The notes beneath the pieces are model-generated. The model did not search any database. It was not told the origin of the DNA and worked only from the letters and a program-made list of their open reading frames with translations. 64,000 nt of DNA, taken from assembly GCF_964204645.1 (NCBI RefSeq), contig NC_134025.1, forward strand, positions 17,831,101-17,895,100, read 5' to 3'. The DNA comes from Tubulanus polymorphus (Eukaryota > Animalia > Nemertea). Each line of letters begins with the position of its first letter. Position 1 is the first letter of the stretch. The position numbers were made by a program, and so were the translations under genes. This document shows, piece after piece, positions 38,495 through 52,185 of this stretch.

Positions 38495-38664
38495 GAGGAG
38501 AGAATCCCACAATGATAATAAAAAGTCCGAAAATGAAACTTCGAGATAGTAGTTTATTTCAACGTTTCGACTATATCTAGGGATATAGTCGAAACGTTGA
38601 AATAAACTACTATCTCGAAGTTTCATTTTCGGACTTTTTATTATCATTGTGGGATTCTCTCCTC
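38495..38664. repeat. Perfect 170-bp palindrome (83-bp arms, 4-nt loop)
   Basis: gaggagagaatc...cgactatatc-tagg-gatatagtcg...gattctctcctc. Confidence 0.95.
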
Positions 38665-39419
38665 TTCTTTTTAACATGTTCAATTTACTCCAGCTGACAA
38701 CGTAACACGCAAGGTTCTATTATCTTACAGGCATACCTGTTAATATTTGAGGTCATACTCACATTAAACTGTGCTGCTGTGTGCAAATATTTGCTCTCTA
38801 AAACATGGCAAGGCCTCCAAACATTGAATTATCGCATTCAAGTAACATCTACTTGCATTTAGATTGTTTTGCCCTTTAGGTTCCATATTTACCAGAACTG
38901 AAAGTAAAAACGTTTTATCATCAATTCGGTCGTAGATAACTGTGCTTCAATTATCTGTATATGATAATGATAATGAGACATATCAATATCTGTATTCATA
39001 TATAGGCCTATATACCTGGCGGCATATAGCTGGCCTGGAGAAAATATTTCTACTCGAATTAAATATGTTTATTTCATCATTTCAGTCAGATAAACCAACT
39101 TGAATCAAATCGACCTTGGTCATTTTCCGAACTTTTCCATACCTCAGGATGAGATCGTGACATCAACCCGTAAACAGCATCATACCCGCATGGTGCCATA
39201 ATACGCATGCGTGAACCCGGTGGACTTAGAAAATCCAAAGACAAATGTTTCGGCCTCACGTGTACTCAAAGCTACAGTTTGCTGTTTACGGCTTTTCCAA
39301 GAAATTGGTGCACCCTTTTCACATAAACTATAACAATATCCGGTTATGCTCCGGCGATCCGAGGATGCAGCCCAATCGGCATCACAATATCCTACAATAC
39401 TTCCAAAACATCACTCGTT

Positions 39420-42400
39420 ATCTAAACTCTAACTTTTTACACCTTGTTCCCTTCAGATAACGTAAAACACGTTTTACAATACTTAAGGCTCGTTCAGTTG
39501 GACTAGACATAAACTGAGACAGCTTGGTAAAAATGTAAGAAATATCTGGTCTAGTGCCAGTCATAATCTAAATAAGACTCCCTAACATCTCACGATATAA
39601 CTATGTTTTTTTTCCAGTTAACAAGATATAAGATTCATCACTCAAGAGTTTAGTATAAGATAACTCACACGGTGTCGATCTAGATTTAGATTTACAGTTT
39701 TTCATATTAAATTTCTCAAGAATTCGATCGATATACAGAGTTTGGTTCATTGAAATATCATCCACTTCATGTGTAAATTCCATACCAAGAAACCATAATA
39801 TACTTCCTAAATCTTTCATCTTGAACCTAGTTCCTAAAGAACTTTTAATAGAGTTTAATGCATCATTACAATTAGTAGCTATTGTAATATCATCGACCCA
39901 TATAACTAGAACAGTCCATGATTAACCATCGAACTTAGTATAAACACAATTATCACTTTGTGATTGAGTAAAACCCAGTGAAATAAATAATTCGTGCAGT
40001 AAAACTTTCCAATTATGACCACTCTGTCTTAATCCGTAGATGGATTTCTTTAATTTTAAAACTACTCGTTCACCAGATTCACCTTTTACCTCAGACCCTT
40101 TAGGTTGTTCAATACACAGTTCCCTCTCTACAGGGGCATTAAGGAATGCAGACTTCCATCTGATGGATTTTTAAATCATGCTGTACTGCTCATTGTATTA
40201 GCATTCTAATCGAGGTAAGTCGAGCAGTTGGAGAGAAAGTACCATTTTCACTGTAGTCAACTCCTAAAACCTGATTGTAACCCTTTGCTACATATATAGC
40301 TTTGTATTGTTCATTGCCCTCTGAGTCATTTTTAATAGTGTACACCCATCGTGCGGTTCCTGAACTTCGCTGAAAAAGCTGAATCACTGAAACGCTGAAA
40401 CGCTGAAATAAAAACGCTGAAATTTCAGGGAATTTCCGAAAAACGCCGAAATTTCAGGGAATTCCCGAAAAACGCTGAAATCGTGCTAGGTACCAACAAT
40501 ACACGTTTTGAAATATTTTCCGGGCCGGTGTCCGCTGCCGAGTCCTGAACCGTGTTTTAGTCTCTACCTTCGGTTACAGAGACACGCATGGACAGTATGT
40601 GTGGAGTATACTTCTAGAGGGCCACTTGTTGGACAAATTAATTCGCTTGGAATCCGGATTTTTAATGCATACAGGCAGCATAATGAGGAAAACCCATACA
40701 CAAACCGTGCAAGCCAACTTAAACACTATGCTCCATATTCCCTGCAAGACGCAAAATATCTTATTTGAACGTTCATGTATAAAACATGGAGCAACTTTTC
40801 TTTTGTCAACACGTTGATGGGCGACGGACTATGTCACTATGGTATTCTCTGAAGGAGGTAAATTAAATTTGACAGCTAGTTATATAAATGATGCAGCTTT
40901 TGGACAAAAGGGATCTAACTAAATTTCTTTTTAATTCACTGTGGAATGGAATGGAATGGATTGACGCCAATGGCATGCAGTAGGCCCCTACGTATGGGTC
41001 ATACTGATTAGCGTCAACCAATTAATCTAAATCGGGCTAACCATTCAACAACTGTGAATAATTTATTTGCTGTGGCGTGATAATAATTAGTTTTTTTGAA
41101 GAAATGACATACCAACTGTTAGAAAAATGTACCGATTCTTATTTTTAGACTACTACTGAATCTATAAAAGGAGGAGTCATAGACAAAGTTGATTTGCTTA
41201 GCTGGTGACACTTCTTGTCAAGTACATCATCTCAAGTACTGGGTGTTTTGTAAGTTTAATTTCAGTATTTATTTACTAAGTGCTGTTCTCTCGGACCTCA
41301 GTGCTTTCAAACTAGGCCCACCCCATAGGCTATATAGTCCAGGGTGTATTAGCCACTATTCTTTTATATCCGACTAAAATGCACCTTTTTCTATTTTTAG
41401 ATTCAGGCTTAGAATGTGCAAATTTTTTGAGATACTGAGAAATCAGATGGCACCAGTAAACTTCAACTGCGAAATTTGCAGCAGGATAGCTGAACGACAC
41501 AATTTTTAAAAATAAAATGGCTATTCGAATGCTATTTCAATAATAACTTGATTCAACCAGAGAGAAATAAGTCAATTGCGGATGTACAGTACACCCACTT
41601 TTCTTCCCTGTTTCCTGGTACCAAATTTTTAGTCTTAAGCTAAGCGATATTCTAAGGTATACTAGTGGCTTTCATTAGAATATGAAGCAATGGAACCAGA
41701 ATTCTAGCCAGAGTTAAGCGAACTATTGATTCTGATATAATGTAAGAACTGATTTCCTTTGTATACTCTTGCAGAATGTGTTATGTATTATTTCAAGCTG
41801 TTAAATAATATAGTTAGACAAATGTCCAATTATTGGATCTTTCTTGTTGACTCGTTTAATTTTGTGAGTTAAGATTTCCAGTCAATCCACAATGTGCAGT
41901 GCCTAGCCTTCATCTACACTAAAGCCATGCCTGTGTATGGGAAAAAAATATCGGTCGACTCCTATAGGCCAGACACATCAAAGCATGCAATACATTGCAG
42001 ATAGTAGTCTACGGCAAGTCGAAAGTAAACCAGGTTTTACCCCGTACCCCACCCGGGAACAAAGACACTTAAAGATTCCTTCCTCCTTGTAGAAATTGTA
42101 GAAATATGACACCCAATTGTAGCAATGCTAAGTACAGTATACTATGACGGTTGAACCTTTATTAACGAATTTCAATGACACCGAAAATAGAATCAAAATA
42201 ATCATTAGTTCCATGCTAGCACTTAATTTGGGTTATCAGGTTCAGCCTAACTGTACTTTCATTCAGCTACTACTTGTATGAGACTTGGCAATGATAAGTT
42301 GCAAGAAATCACCAAACATAAGAAAAAATATTGTGAATTAATATTACTGTGATTAAGAATTTATTCAAATGAAGTGATAACTTCATTGTTAGATCGTACC

Positions 42401-43900
42401 GGTATATGCACATACAACTATGGCAAAAAACACATCTAACAATCCACGCAATCCGCAATCGATCAAGTCGATCATGACGACGACCTTAAGGCATGTCTCT
42501 GTAACCGAAGGTAGAGCATAAAACACGGTTCAGGACTCGTCAGCGGACGACGGCCCGGAAAACATTTCAAAACGTGTATTGTCGGTACCTAGCACGATTT
42601 CAGCGTTTTTCGGGAATTCCCTGAAATTTCGGCGTTTTTCGGAAATTCCCTGAAATTTCAGCGTTTTTATTTCAGCGTTTCAGCTTTTCAGTGTTTCAGC
42701 TTTTTCAGCGAAGTTCAGGAACCGCCCATCGTGCCCTAATCGTGCCCGTCTAACTAATCCATTTTCTCGTGTACCATCCGCCAGTTCGATATAGTGTTCT
42801 TGTGGATTAAATGTAGTATCCAAATTAATAAACTTCGATTCATCGATGATTATATGTGCCGTCGCACCAAAGTCGACGAGCATTCGATCGATAACAGTAC
42901 CCACACTTTATCCGTTATCGATGCTTGCTTGAAAGACGAAAGCACCGGCAACATTTTCCTCGGATTCCGTTTCCACTGATTTAGCCGCTGCACATTTATT
43001 TTTTGCGACAGTATTTAGTATCGTGTGTGGTACTACGACATGTAGTACGCCAATGATTATGTTGACCGGTTTTTGGTTGACGACAATATGCAGCCCGGTG
43101 GCCACGTTTCCCGCAGTTATAACATGTCATCTGCCGATCTCCCTGCTGGTTCTTATTTTGTTGTCGTACATCAACGGTTAAAATATTGTCATTCCTGATA
43201 GCAGTTTTAATTGTTTCCTCATAATTACGAAACACAACTTTGAATTCTGCAAATGTCGTTAACTCTTTTTGTGTAATAACAGTACAAAAAGATTTATACC
43301 CGTCTACTGGTAGACCTTTCATAGTCATAGAAATTAACAGAGCGTCACTTACGGTTTCACCTGCCGATTTTGACAAGGCAGCGACAGTCTCCGCTCTCAG
43401 GATATAATCCGTTACTGTCTCTTCCGAATGGGATTCTTGCTGAGCGTTGTAAGTACATGCACTGTATAGAGCGAAATTATCTTCGGTTTCCCGGTACTCA
43501 AATTATACTGTCGTAAAATCTTTAACGCGCTATATCCACCATCTTTCGCATCCCGCATTATTAACGAAAGGCTTCGGTCATCCACACACTGGACTAATTG
43601 GGCATACGCATCTTTATTCTTCTCGGGTTCTGCGGTCGTCACGGTATTCATTGTCACGACATTATGCAACTTTAAGATACGCATAGACCCGAGGAATTTT
43701 TCCTCCCGAAGTTCACGCTTCTGTTCATTTCCATCGAAGATCGGTTGCCGCGTCGCCCTGGGCCCATAACCTGTTGAATCCAAAGGCATATTTCCTCGAT
43801 GGAAGCCGATAATCCTCAGTGTGTGAGAAAAGGTAGCAAACACGTCTTTTCAGTGTGATAATTCAGCCGGAAGAGAGAGGAATCCATTATTGCGAAATAA
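39420..43900 (-). mobile_element. Degenerate Ty1/copia element (gag-PR...RT; integrase deleted)
   Basis: PBS GGTTATGGGCCCAG on minus (43758-43771) after ...CAACA; gag STGYGPR and CYNCGKRGH, protease LVDFGATAH, RT RWVYTIK, YVAKGY and MKDLG. Ends are approximate. Confidence 0.88.
40354..42724. mobile_element. Non-autonomous DNA transposon, probably MULE-like
   Basis: ~235-bp TIRs starting CGGTTCCTGAACTTCGCTGAAA; 9-bp TSD CCCATCGTG (40345-40353 and 42725-42733); no transposase ORF. Confidence 0.85.
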
Positions 43901-44214
43901 TAGAGTAGTACATAATTTTATCCACACGTGTCACCACCAACTGGCGTTACCATAAAATCCGGAAAATGGCGAGCACGGCAATTACACCGAGAAGAGGTAC
44001 GCTGGCGAGAAAATTCAAAAAAGTGAGTGAATCGAGTTCAATACCGAAAGATCAAATTGCGGTCAGCATACCTGCTGGTCAGAAGGTCAGTTTGATGGAT
44101 ATAGAAGCCCAGGTTAGGAAGCAGAACGGTCAGATTAGTACCAAAAACATAATCATTAGTTCACCCGGAGTCACCAAGAACAATAACAATATGGCGGTCA
44201 CGAAAAACGACGCA

Positions 44215-44545
44215 TATTTTACGGTTTGAAGGAAACGACAGACGAGAACCCTGAAATAGTAATCAAAAATTTCATCCAGGTTGAGCTGGACCTTCCATCT
44301 GCAGAGATGGAATTCGCAAGAGCCCATCGCATGGGTAGCGTAAAGAAAGACAAAGTCCGCCCGATCGTAGTGAAGTTTGAAAAATACAAAGACCGAGAAA
44401 CTGTTAGATCTTCAGCGAATAAACTCAAAGGAAAAAAACTTCAGTATTTCGGAACAACTCCCGAAGGAGTGGTAGGATAAGACGAGATCACTGATTCCGA
44501 AGAATCGGAATGCGAAAGCTAATGGAAACAAGGTATATTTCTAAA
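44215..44545 (+). pseudogene. LINE ORF1 (L1-type RRM) fragment
   Basis: FYGLKE...ARAHRMG...RPIVVKFEKYKDRE.V...KLKG, typical of the non-LTR ORF1 RRM. Confidence 0.75.
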
Positions 44546-45384
44546 AGGAAATATACTGAGACAGGTGGTTTTGCAAAGTCATTAAAAATCATGATCAAAT
44601 GCTTTTAAGGATACAATTCTTCTGACTTTGGAGGGAGAAGTCATAAAGAATGAATAAATTTATGAAGATTAAGAAATCGGTAATAAACGAACAGTTTAAA
44701 AGCGGAAGCACCCGTCGCGATAAAATAAAGATTTGAATATTACAAAATTATTATCTAAAACGGAATGAAAAGAAACGAATGCTACCGTTGATAGTATTCA
44801 CGTACAAATTGTAGAATGAGAATAGAAAATTTAATTGAAGACAAGTCACGAGAAGAGCAAAGAGATTTAGACAACCAATCCGGCGGCTTGAAATAAAGAA
44901 ACTCCTTAAAATGAATAAACTCGAATGCAAGATCTTTGTTTAATTACAAGGGTAGACCTAAGGTTCATCTAAATCTATATTTTTGAATTTAGAAATCAGG
45001 GGATCTAAAAATAGTATTCATCATTAGCGGGACGTCGATTCAGCAATTAATTTTTCAGGGAAGAGCCGCTCAGCCATTTCCGAAAGGGAATTGCGCATCA
45101 TCCGTGAGTATCGCAAAAATTATCTCATTGCTAATTAAAGTTGAAAAATAAGATGCATGTACGTTGTTTTCTGAATACTAAAAGATTCTTAATTTTATTT
45201 GTGTTCTGTCTACTTAATTGCGGAAATCCGATGTATTTGCAGTACTGGGAACAATAAAGTATTGAATTAGTAATAATTAAGTATATTTAAGTTTTAATAA
45301 AGTATATTTGAACTTGAATTGAGCGCACTAGGTGGTAGTATTGGAAGACACCAGGCGGTTTGATCATCTAAATATGCTTCAGCG

Positions 45385-45620
45385 CCGTGGGGCTGTCGCA
45401 AAAAGGCTGTATTTGTACGCGATAAACTCATTATTGACGGGAAAGAGCATAAACTGATAACGCCCATGGACACGAAGTAGGATATCGATGAGACCAACTT
45501 TAAGATAGGTGCTATCAATGTTTGCAGACTATTATCTAAATTAACGAAACCGGACTTTGTGGAATATACGAAAAATTTTGACTTTCTTTGCGTTTCTGAA
45601 ACAAAAACTGATGACGTCGA
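45385..45620 (+). pseudogene. LINE ORF1 end and ORF2 AP-endonuclease start, interrupted by Polinton C
   Basis: KAVFVRDKLIIDGK, then FKIGAINVCRL.SKL...FDFLCVSETK, cut at 45621. Confidence 0.7.
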
Positions 45621-45742
45621 AGTAATAGGGTATTAGTTGTTCTATACCAAAGGTCGAAGGGTCGAGAAATAAATTCTCGCACACTCGAATTTATTTTTCG
45701 ACCTCTCAACCTTTGTTATAGAACAACTAATACCCTATAACT
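45621..45742. repeat. Left terminal palindrome (~120 bp)
   Basis: agtaatagggtattagttgttctataccaaaggtcga...tcaacctttgttatagaacaactaataccctataact. Confidence 0.88.
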
Positions 45743-45759
45743 TCTACATAATCACGAGT

Positions 45760-46067
45760 CTCATAAATTTACAAGCCTCAACACGTTGAGTATTGTTGAT
45801 TCTAGATGGATGGTTCTAGAAAACTACTCTAGCCAATCACAGTTGAGTATTACTCTAGCCAATCACAGTTGAGTATTCCCTATTATTCTAGCCAATCACA
45901 AGCCTCAACACGTTGAGTATTCCCTATTACACTAGCCAATCACAAGCCTCATAATTTACAAGCCTCAACACGCAGCTGGGTTTTCCCCACTGTTGAGTTG
46001 TATCAATAGGAGGGATGCACACGTGGTGGGACTCATACGTGGCGGCGGGACGCGTTGAGAGGTAAGT
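45760..46067 (+). promoter_or_regulatory. Putative Pol II promoter: four CCAAT boxes, E-box, E2F-like site, then a splice donor
   Basis: TAGCCAATCACA four times (45830-45944), CACGTG near 46020, GGCGGGA near 46044, AG|GTAAGT at 46060-46067. Confidence 0.5.
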
Positions 46068-46104
46068 GTTATGTTCAGTTTTAATAAATAAATTTGATAT
46101 TTAA

Positions 46105-46458
46105 ATGGAGAGTAAACAAGTACAAAGTGAGAACAACAAATCATTTCTAGATAGAATTAAAGATATCACAAATGCTAAATCTGTAGATTATAAGTTTAAG
46201 AAGTTGAATGAACTAACAATTCATAAGAAATATTTAATTACTAATATTGATACAGTTACTAATAGATATGGAGATAAATTAGTTATTCACTTAGAATATG
46301 AAGGATTGAAAGGAAATACATATAAATTCAGAACATATTTACCAGATAGATTTCATAGATTATCAAGTGAAGATTAAGAAGAATTATGTTCTGGAGATTT
46401 CTATTTCATATATAAGGGTAAAAATGAAAAAGGACACCATGAAATAGATTTCGAATAA
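46105..46458 (+). pseudogene. Small conserved viral protein
   Basis: Homologue of 35525-35833; frameshift near 46375. Confidence 0.75.
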
Positions 46459-46472
46459 AATATGTAAAATAA

Positions 46473-46826
46473 ATGGTAGAATTAAAAGAATATAGAATAT
46501 TTGTTGATTCAAGAAGACTTACAAATTATAAATCACATTATTTACTAGTTCAATTAGATAGAGCATTTAAGAATTGTGTAGATTTAAAATTAGTAAATGT
46601 AAGTTTATGTAATTCTTTTTATAATATAACGGATAAAACTATTGAAGATAATACTTTTTAAATTCATATTAGAAATATAAACAAACGGTTTCATCTAATT
46701 TTATATTTTATCTATTCTATTTTTTTTAATATAATTTTGAAACACTAGCTCAAGAAATTAATCGAAGAGCACGGTTGAAAATTAGAAGAGATGATAAATT
46801 TTTAATTAGATTTATAAAAAAGTGAT
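46473..46826 (+). pseudogene. Probable minor capsid (penton) protein fragment
   Basis: IFVDSR...LDR...LKLVNVSLCNSFYNI resembles Polinton/virophage minor capsid N-termini. Confidence 0.55.
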
Positions 46827-47285
46827 AGCACAAATGGATGATAAAGTTGATAATATTGATATTATTCCTGATGATATAAATAAAACTTAATTAAAAACAT
46901 ATTTAGAAAAACAAATAATAGAATTTGAAAGTGACTTAAAGATAAAAAAAGAAAAAATATTTAAAAAGTAAAATTATATATTATTTTATTATCAGTGGTT
47001 CACTTACAATAAGTTCTGTAATAACATTTCTAGCAATATTCAGTCCATTAACACCTTTAGCTATATCAATTGGCGTGTTAGGATTAAGTTCAAGTGTTTT
47101 AACTGGTATAAGTTCAAAAATAAATATAAAAAGTAATAAAGAAAAAATTAAAACTAATATAAAAGAAATTAATAAATTGAAAAATACACTAGATTATATA
47201 ATAAGTTTAAATGGCGATATAACAGTTGAAGAACAAGATAAATTATTAAAAGAATTAGTTAATTATTAATTTTTTTGTTATATAA

Positions 47286-48580
47286 ATGGGGTTTCCAAAA
47301 GCTTTCCAATATAATAAATCAATTAAATATGAAATTCCTGCAATAGATTTTAATAAAAATATTACATATAAAAATTTAGTTTTAAATTCATTAACTTATT
47401 TAGAAATTTATGTTACTGAATCACAGTTTTTTATTTCTAAAATGGAAAATATATTTAATACATATGAAGTTACTTTCACTCGAGATGAATATCATATATA
47501 TAAAGTAAAATCTAATATGAAATATCGGCAGAATCAATTAAATTTTGCTGTTTATTGTGCAACAACTGGTTGTGGTATAAGTTGGAATGATCATTTAAAT
47601 AACTTAGATAAAAATTTGAATTATTCTGATTCAAAATTAATTCACACAATATTTAGATTTCACACATATTTTCAAATCAGAATAATATTAAATGAATTAG
47701 AATGCCATTTGCCTGGATCTAAATATTTTAAAGAATTGGATAATAATATTAATCTATCTAAGTTTTATAAAATATGTAATGAATTTAATATAAATATTCA
47801 TGCCTTTTTAAGAGCGCATGGTACATTGCAAGGTATTGGTGAACAGTATGAAATAAAAATAATTGATTATATGCATAGAATTGGAGCTTATCATAATTAT
47901 AAAATTGATAATAATAATGGTTGGATTAATTTTATTTAAGAAAATAGTGAAGGTTTTACTAAAGCTGGAATACAGAGAATAAATCAATCTATAAGAATAT
48001 ATTTAATTTGTATTCTAGGTGCACAGGTTGAAACAAGATCACCAATAATTGGAAATGATAATACTTCATTTGATACACAAAAACAATTCAAAGTATTATT
48101 TGAAGATTCCATTCATAATGATAAAAATAGATCGATTCCAGAAAATATAGTTAGGTACCAAAATTATTTAGATAAATCACATATTAGATTAAATTATTGT
48201 ATAGGCCCTAATTTATTAATTATTTCTAATGATTTAGTTTCAAAGATGGGAAATATTATTGGTTATAATAATCTAATTAAGACTGCAACAATAAATAATT
48301 CATTTAGATTAAATGATATAAATAAAAAGATTATTACTGCTCCAAAACTAATGGAAGGTGAAAAAAATAAAAAACATATTCAATCAACTGAAACTAAAAC
48401 TAAGAATATCAAATTAAATAATGATTCTAAAATAAAAGATTACAATACATCGGAAAATATAAAAACTGATAATATTCAACATGAAATAATTAAAACTAAT
48501 AATGATAATAAATCACATGAAAATACTAAATTAGCTATAACTTGTATAGGAATTGTAAAGGAGGATTATTATATTTTAAA
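47286..48580 (+). pseudogene. Conserved Polinton hypothetical protein
   Basis: QNQLNFAVYCATTGCGIS, FRFHTYFQIR, GFTKAGIQRINQSIR and ILGAQ motifs; internal stop at 47937. Confidence 0.65.
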
Positions 48581-48603
48581 TTTTAATTTTCTTTATTATG
48601 TAA

Positions 48604-50353
48604 ATGGCAGAAGGTGGAGAAGATATTGGAATTGATACTTTTGATGCACCCGGCATAACTGAAGAACCACAACCTGAATATAATGAAACTAATATTGATT
48701 ATGATGATGGATCAGCATATAATACTAATTTAGGTGAAGATGATGATCCATCATATAATTCTAGTTTAGCTGATGAAGATGATGGTGTAATTGATTACGA
48801 AACGCATGAAGAATTTAAAGAATATATGACAGCTTCCGACAGGAAAGTTATTAAACCCATAACATTTAAGAAAGATTTAATGAATAAATTAGTAAAATAC
48901 AACTGATCCTTTGAAAGATCAATTATATGGAATGAAAAGTAGAGTAATGGATACAATTGTTAACGAATTATTACCAAAAGTTGTAATAGATGAAATTGAT
49001 ACAGAAGGTGTTGTAATGCAAATTTTAAAAGATGATCCACATTTCATGAATAATTTAGAATTTAAAAATGATTCATGGTATTATAATGTTGAATTAAATA
49101 ACAAAACTGCATCAATACAATTATCTAGAATGGGACAAGAAAATATTTTTGAACCTGGAATGCTAGCAAGATCTACAATTGAAAAAGGTTCATATTACGT
49201 TCAAAAGGTGGTTCAGAATTTTTCAGAATTATATGGAATGCAATCGATAGAATAAATGAAGAAGAACCAATTAAGAATATTGATATTAACAAATATTCAC
49301 CATTTAAAAATCCAAATCCAAATCCTACATATGTTGATCCAGAAATGTAGAGTATGGAGATCGATTAGATAAATTAAGATCTTCAATACCAGAAACATCG
49401 AGAAGAGATATTCAAGAAATTGATAATGATTCAAGTCAATTACAATTAGTATTAGAAAAACAAATTGATAGCATGTTAGATACAATGAATTCATTTGAAG
49501 AAAATATTATTAGTGTTTTAGATACACCTGGTACTGAAACTGGAACAAACGAATGCAATCTTTATTAAAAAAAGGATTACTTGCTTTAAATGAAGAACAA
49601 TTAAAAATATTTCCTGAACAGCACGTAGAGAAATTAAAGGTATGCAAGAATCAGCTGGTGAAATTGCTAATATTAAGATGAGATTTTCTAAAATAACCAT
49701 GTTAGAAAAAGAATTAACTAATGCAAATGAAGAATTAAACCGATTAGAATTAACTAAAGATCTTCAAGTAATTGATGAAGTTGAATATGAATGCAGAAAG
49801 TTAGCTTTAGAAAAAGAAATTGATGATTTAAAATATAACAAAGAATTACAGGAAAAAGAAAGAGATATATTATTTAGATCATATGATCTTAATCATTTTT
49901 AAAAATTAAAAGTTATTTTCAAAGATTTAATAATAAAATCAGATTCTGAAATATCATTAAAAGATAGAATAAAATTATTATTTAAGTTAGAAGGTATAAC
50001 AATTCTTTCAATTCTAACAGCTGTAACTATGGTATTGGTTTAGCAATATCAAATTCACTGAAATCTACACCTACTCCCAATAAACCGGATAAACCTCCGA
50101 GTAATAATTCAATACAAGATAAAGTCAAAGATGGATTAAAGAAATTAGCAAAATATCTATGGGAACTAAAAAATTAGAAAATACAAAAAAATCTGCTGCA
50201 GCTTTACCAGGAATTATAGCATCAATTGTTGGTTTTATATTGAAACCTGCAGGAAGTATTCTTAACTTCGCTGCTGAACATATAATCTTATTTTTAATTA
50301 AAGTTGTAAGTGCAATTATTTTTGGGTTAGTGAATATGATAAAAAATAAATAA
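48604..50353 (+). pseudogene. Acidic/coiled-coil protein with C-terminal hydrophobic helices
   Basis: Chain of fragments: acidic N-terminus, coiled coil, EGITILSILTAV and AAALPGIIASIVGFIL. Confidence 0.6.
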
Positions 50354-50372
50354 ATAATTTTTTGTTAAATAA

Positions 50373-51424
50373 ATGAGTGGGAGTTACATAAATCCTTCTA
50401 GGAATTCAAGAATATATAATGCTATCAAAGCAGAGAGGTCTCATCATATAATTACTCATAATCCTTCTAATATTAATCCTGATGAAACTTTATATGTTAG
50501 AATCCCTCGATTAACACAAAATACTTTTTATGTTCCAAGTAGTATTTATTTATCAGCTGATATAAAAGTAACTGGCCATGATAATAATTATGTTGTTGAA
50601 AATGTTGGAAGATACTTGATTAAAAAATTAACTATAAAGATTGGACCAGAAACAGTTATCTCATTAGATGATTATAATTTATTTATGCATTATAAAGATT
50701 TATGGTTAACAAAAGAAAATAGAAATAATATGATATTTCAAGGCATCCAATCTGAAAACCATAATAAATTAAGATCAGAAGCTAATATTGCAATAATAAC
50801 TAATGCTACAGATGATTTGATAAAAAAAGATTTATGGAAGCAAACATAAAATTCCATTAGATTTTGAATTGATAAATAATAATGCACCTTTCTATAAATA
50901 TGCAATTCAAGAAGATATTATATTTGAAATAACATTTGCTCCTGTTAATGAAATTGTCTTATCAAGTGTGGTTAAAGATATGGGTTATAAATTATCGAAT
51001 ATATGTTTAAAATATGATACAGTAACTGATGAAAATATTTCAAGTATAATTCAAACTCAATACAATCAAGGATTTTCATTATTATATGATTATATTGATA
51101 AATTTAAAACTGTAACTATAAATGCAAATGATGAAATAATTAATGAGAATATTAACTTCCCAAGAAGATCTATTAAAGGTATATTAATATTTTTTACCAT
51201 TGCAACATATACTAATGGCGCAATAAATGTTGATAATTATTATAATCCTGAAATAACAAAAGTAGAAATAACTATCGAAGGAATAGCAAATAAAATATTT
51301 TGTCAAGGAATGAGAATGATAGACAAAGAATAAAGGAATCAAAAATTTTAAAATGCACATTTATATTATATCTGACGCGCAATTAAATATTGTAAATTCA
51401 CAATTAGATAGTGTTATGTATTAA
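50373..51424 (+). pseudogene. Major capsid protein (double jelly-roll, inferred)
   Basis: IITHNPSNI...LYVRIPRL, Y.LSNI.L.YD and NINFPRRSIKGILIFF motifs resemble invertebrate Polinton MCPs; frameshift near 50830 and deletion near 51325. Confidence 0.75.
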
Positions 51425-51456
51425 AATTTTAACTTTAATAAAAAATCTTATATTAA

Positions 51457-52185
51457 ATGGAAGGAGGTAAAGTATATAAACATATTCCATACATCGATAC
51501 ACATGAAAATAATGATGGTTTATATTATGTAATACCTTGTAATATAGCTTTGATATTTGATCCTATTTTCAAAATTTATAAAACTAAACTAATAGAAATC
51601 GATAGTAATAAAAGTGAAGTTGTTGATAATTTAAGTAATGTAATTGATAATAATGTAATACCTACTACAGTAATACCTACTACAGTAATACCTACTACAT
51701 CTAATAATGTAATACCTTCTACATCTAATAATGCAATAATATTAAATGTTAGTGAAAATAGAAATTATTGTGATTATTGTAAAGGTGAATTTTCAAACGC
51801 TCCATCAAATTGGAATAAACATATGAATACAAGGGTACATATAAATAATGTTATAGAACGTGTTGGTTTAAGAGAATTTATAGAACACCCATTTAGATAT
51901 GTTACAAAGTTTGTTTCAAATCAAAAAGTAAATGGTAAAGAATTATATAAAGATTTATTATTAGCAACACCTAATAAAGATGAATTAGATTTAACCGATG
52001 CTAATAAAATATTAGAATCAAACACTGTAAATGAAATATTAGGAGCAAACACTAATAAAGATAATAATGAAAATACAGGAAAGCGCATTGATAATAAAGA
52101 TTCTATGAAACTTAAATCAGAAAATAAAGATATAGTTGAGACGCCTAATAAGTATATCAATAAATTATTGATGAAGATACGGTAG
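51457..52185 (+). CDS. Zinc-finger protein with VIPTT/VIPST repeats
   Basis: CDYC...WNKHMNTRVH finger; homologous to 20520; acidic tail frameshifted. Confidence 0.7.
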   Translation: MEGGKVYKHIPYIDTHENNDGLYYVIPCNIALIFDPIFKIYKTKLIEIDSNKSEVVDNLSNVIDNNVIPTTVIPTTVIPTTSNNVIPSTSNNAIILNVSENRNYCDYCKGEFSNAPSNWNKHMNTRVHINNVIERVGLREFIEHPFRYVTKFVSNQKVNGKELYKDLLLATPNKDELDLTDANKILESNTVNEILGANTNKDNNENTGKRIDNKDSMKLKSENKDIVETPNKYINKLLMKIR

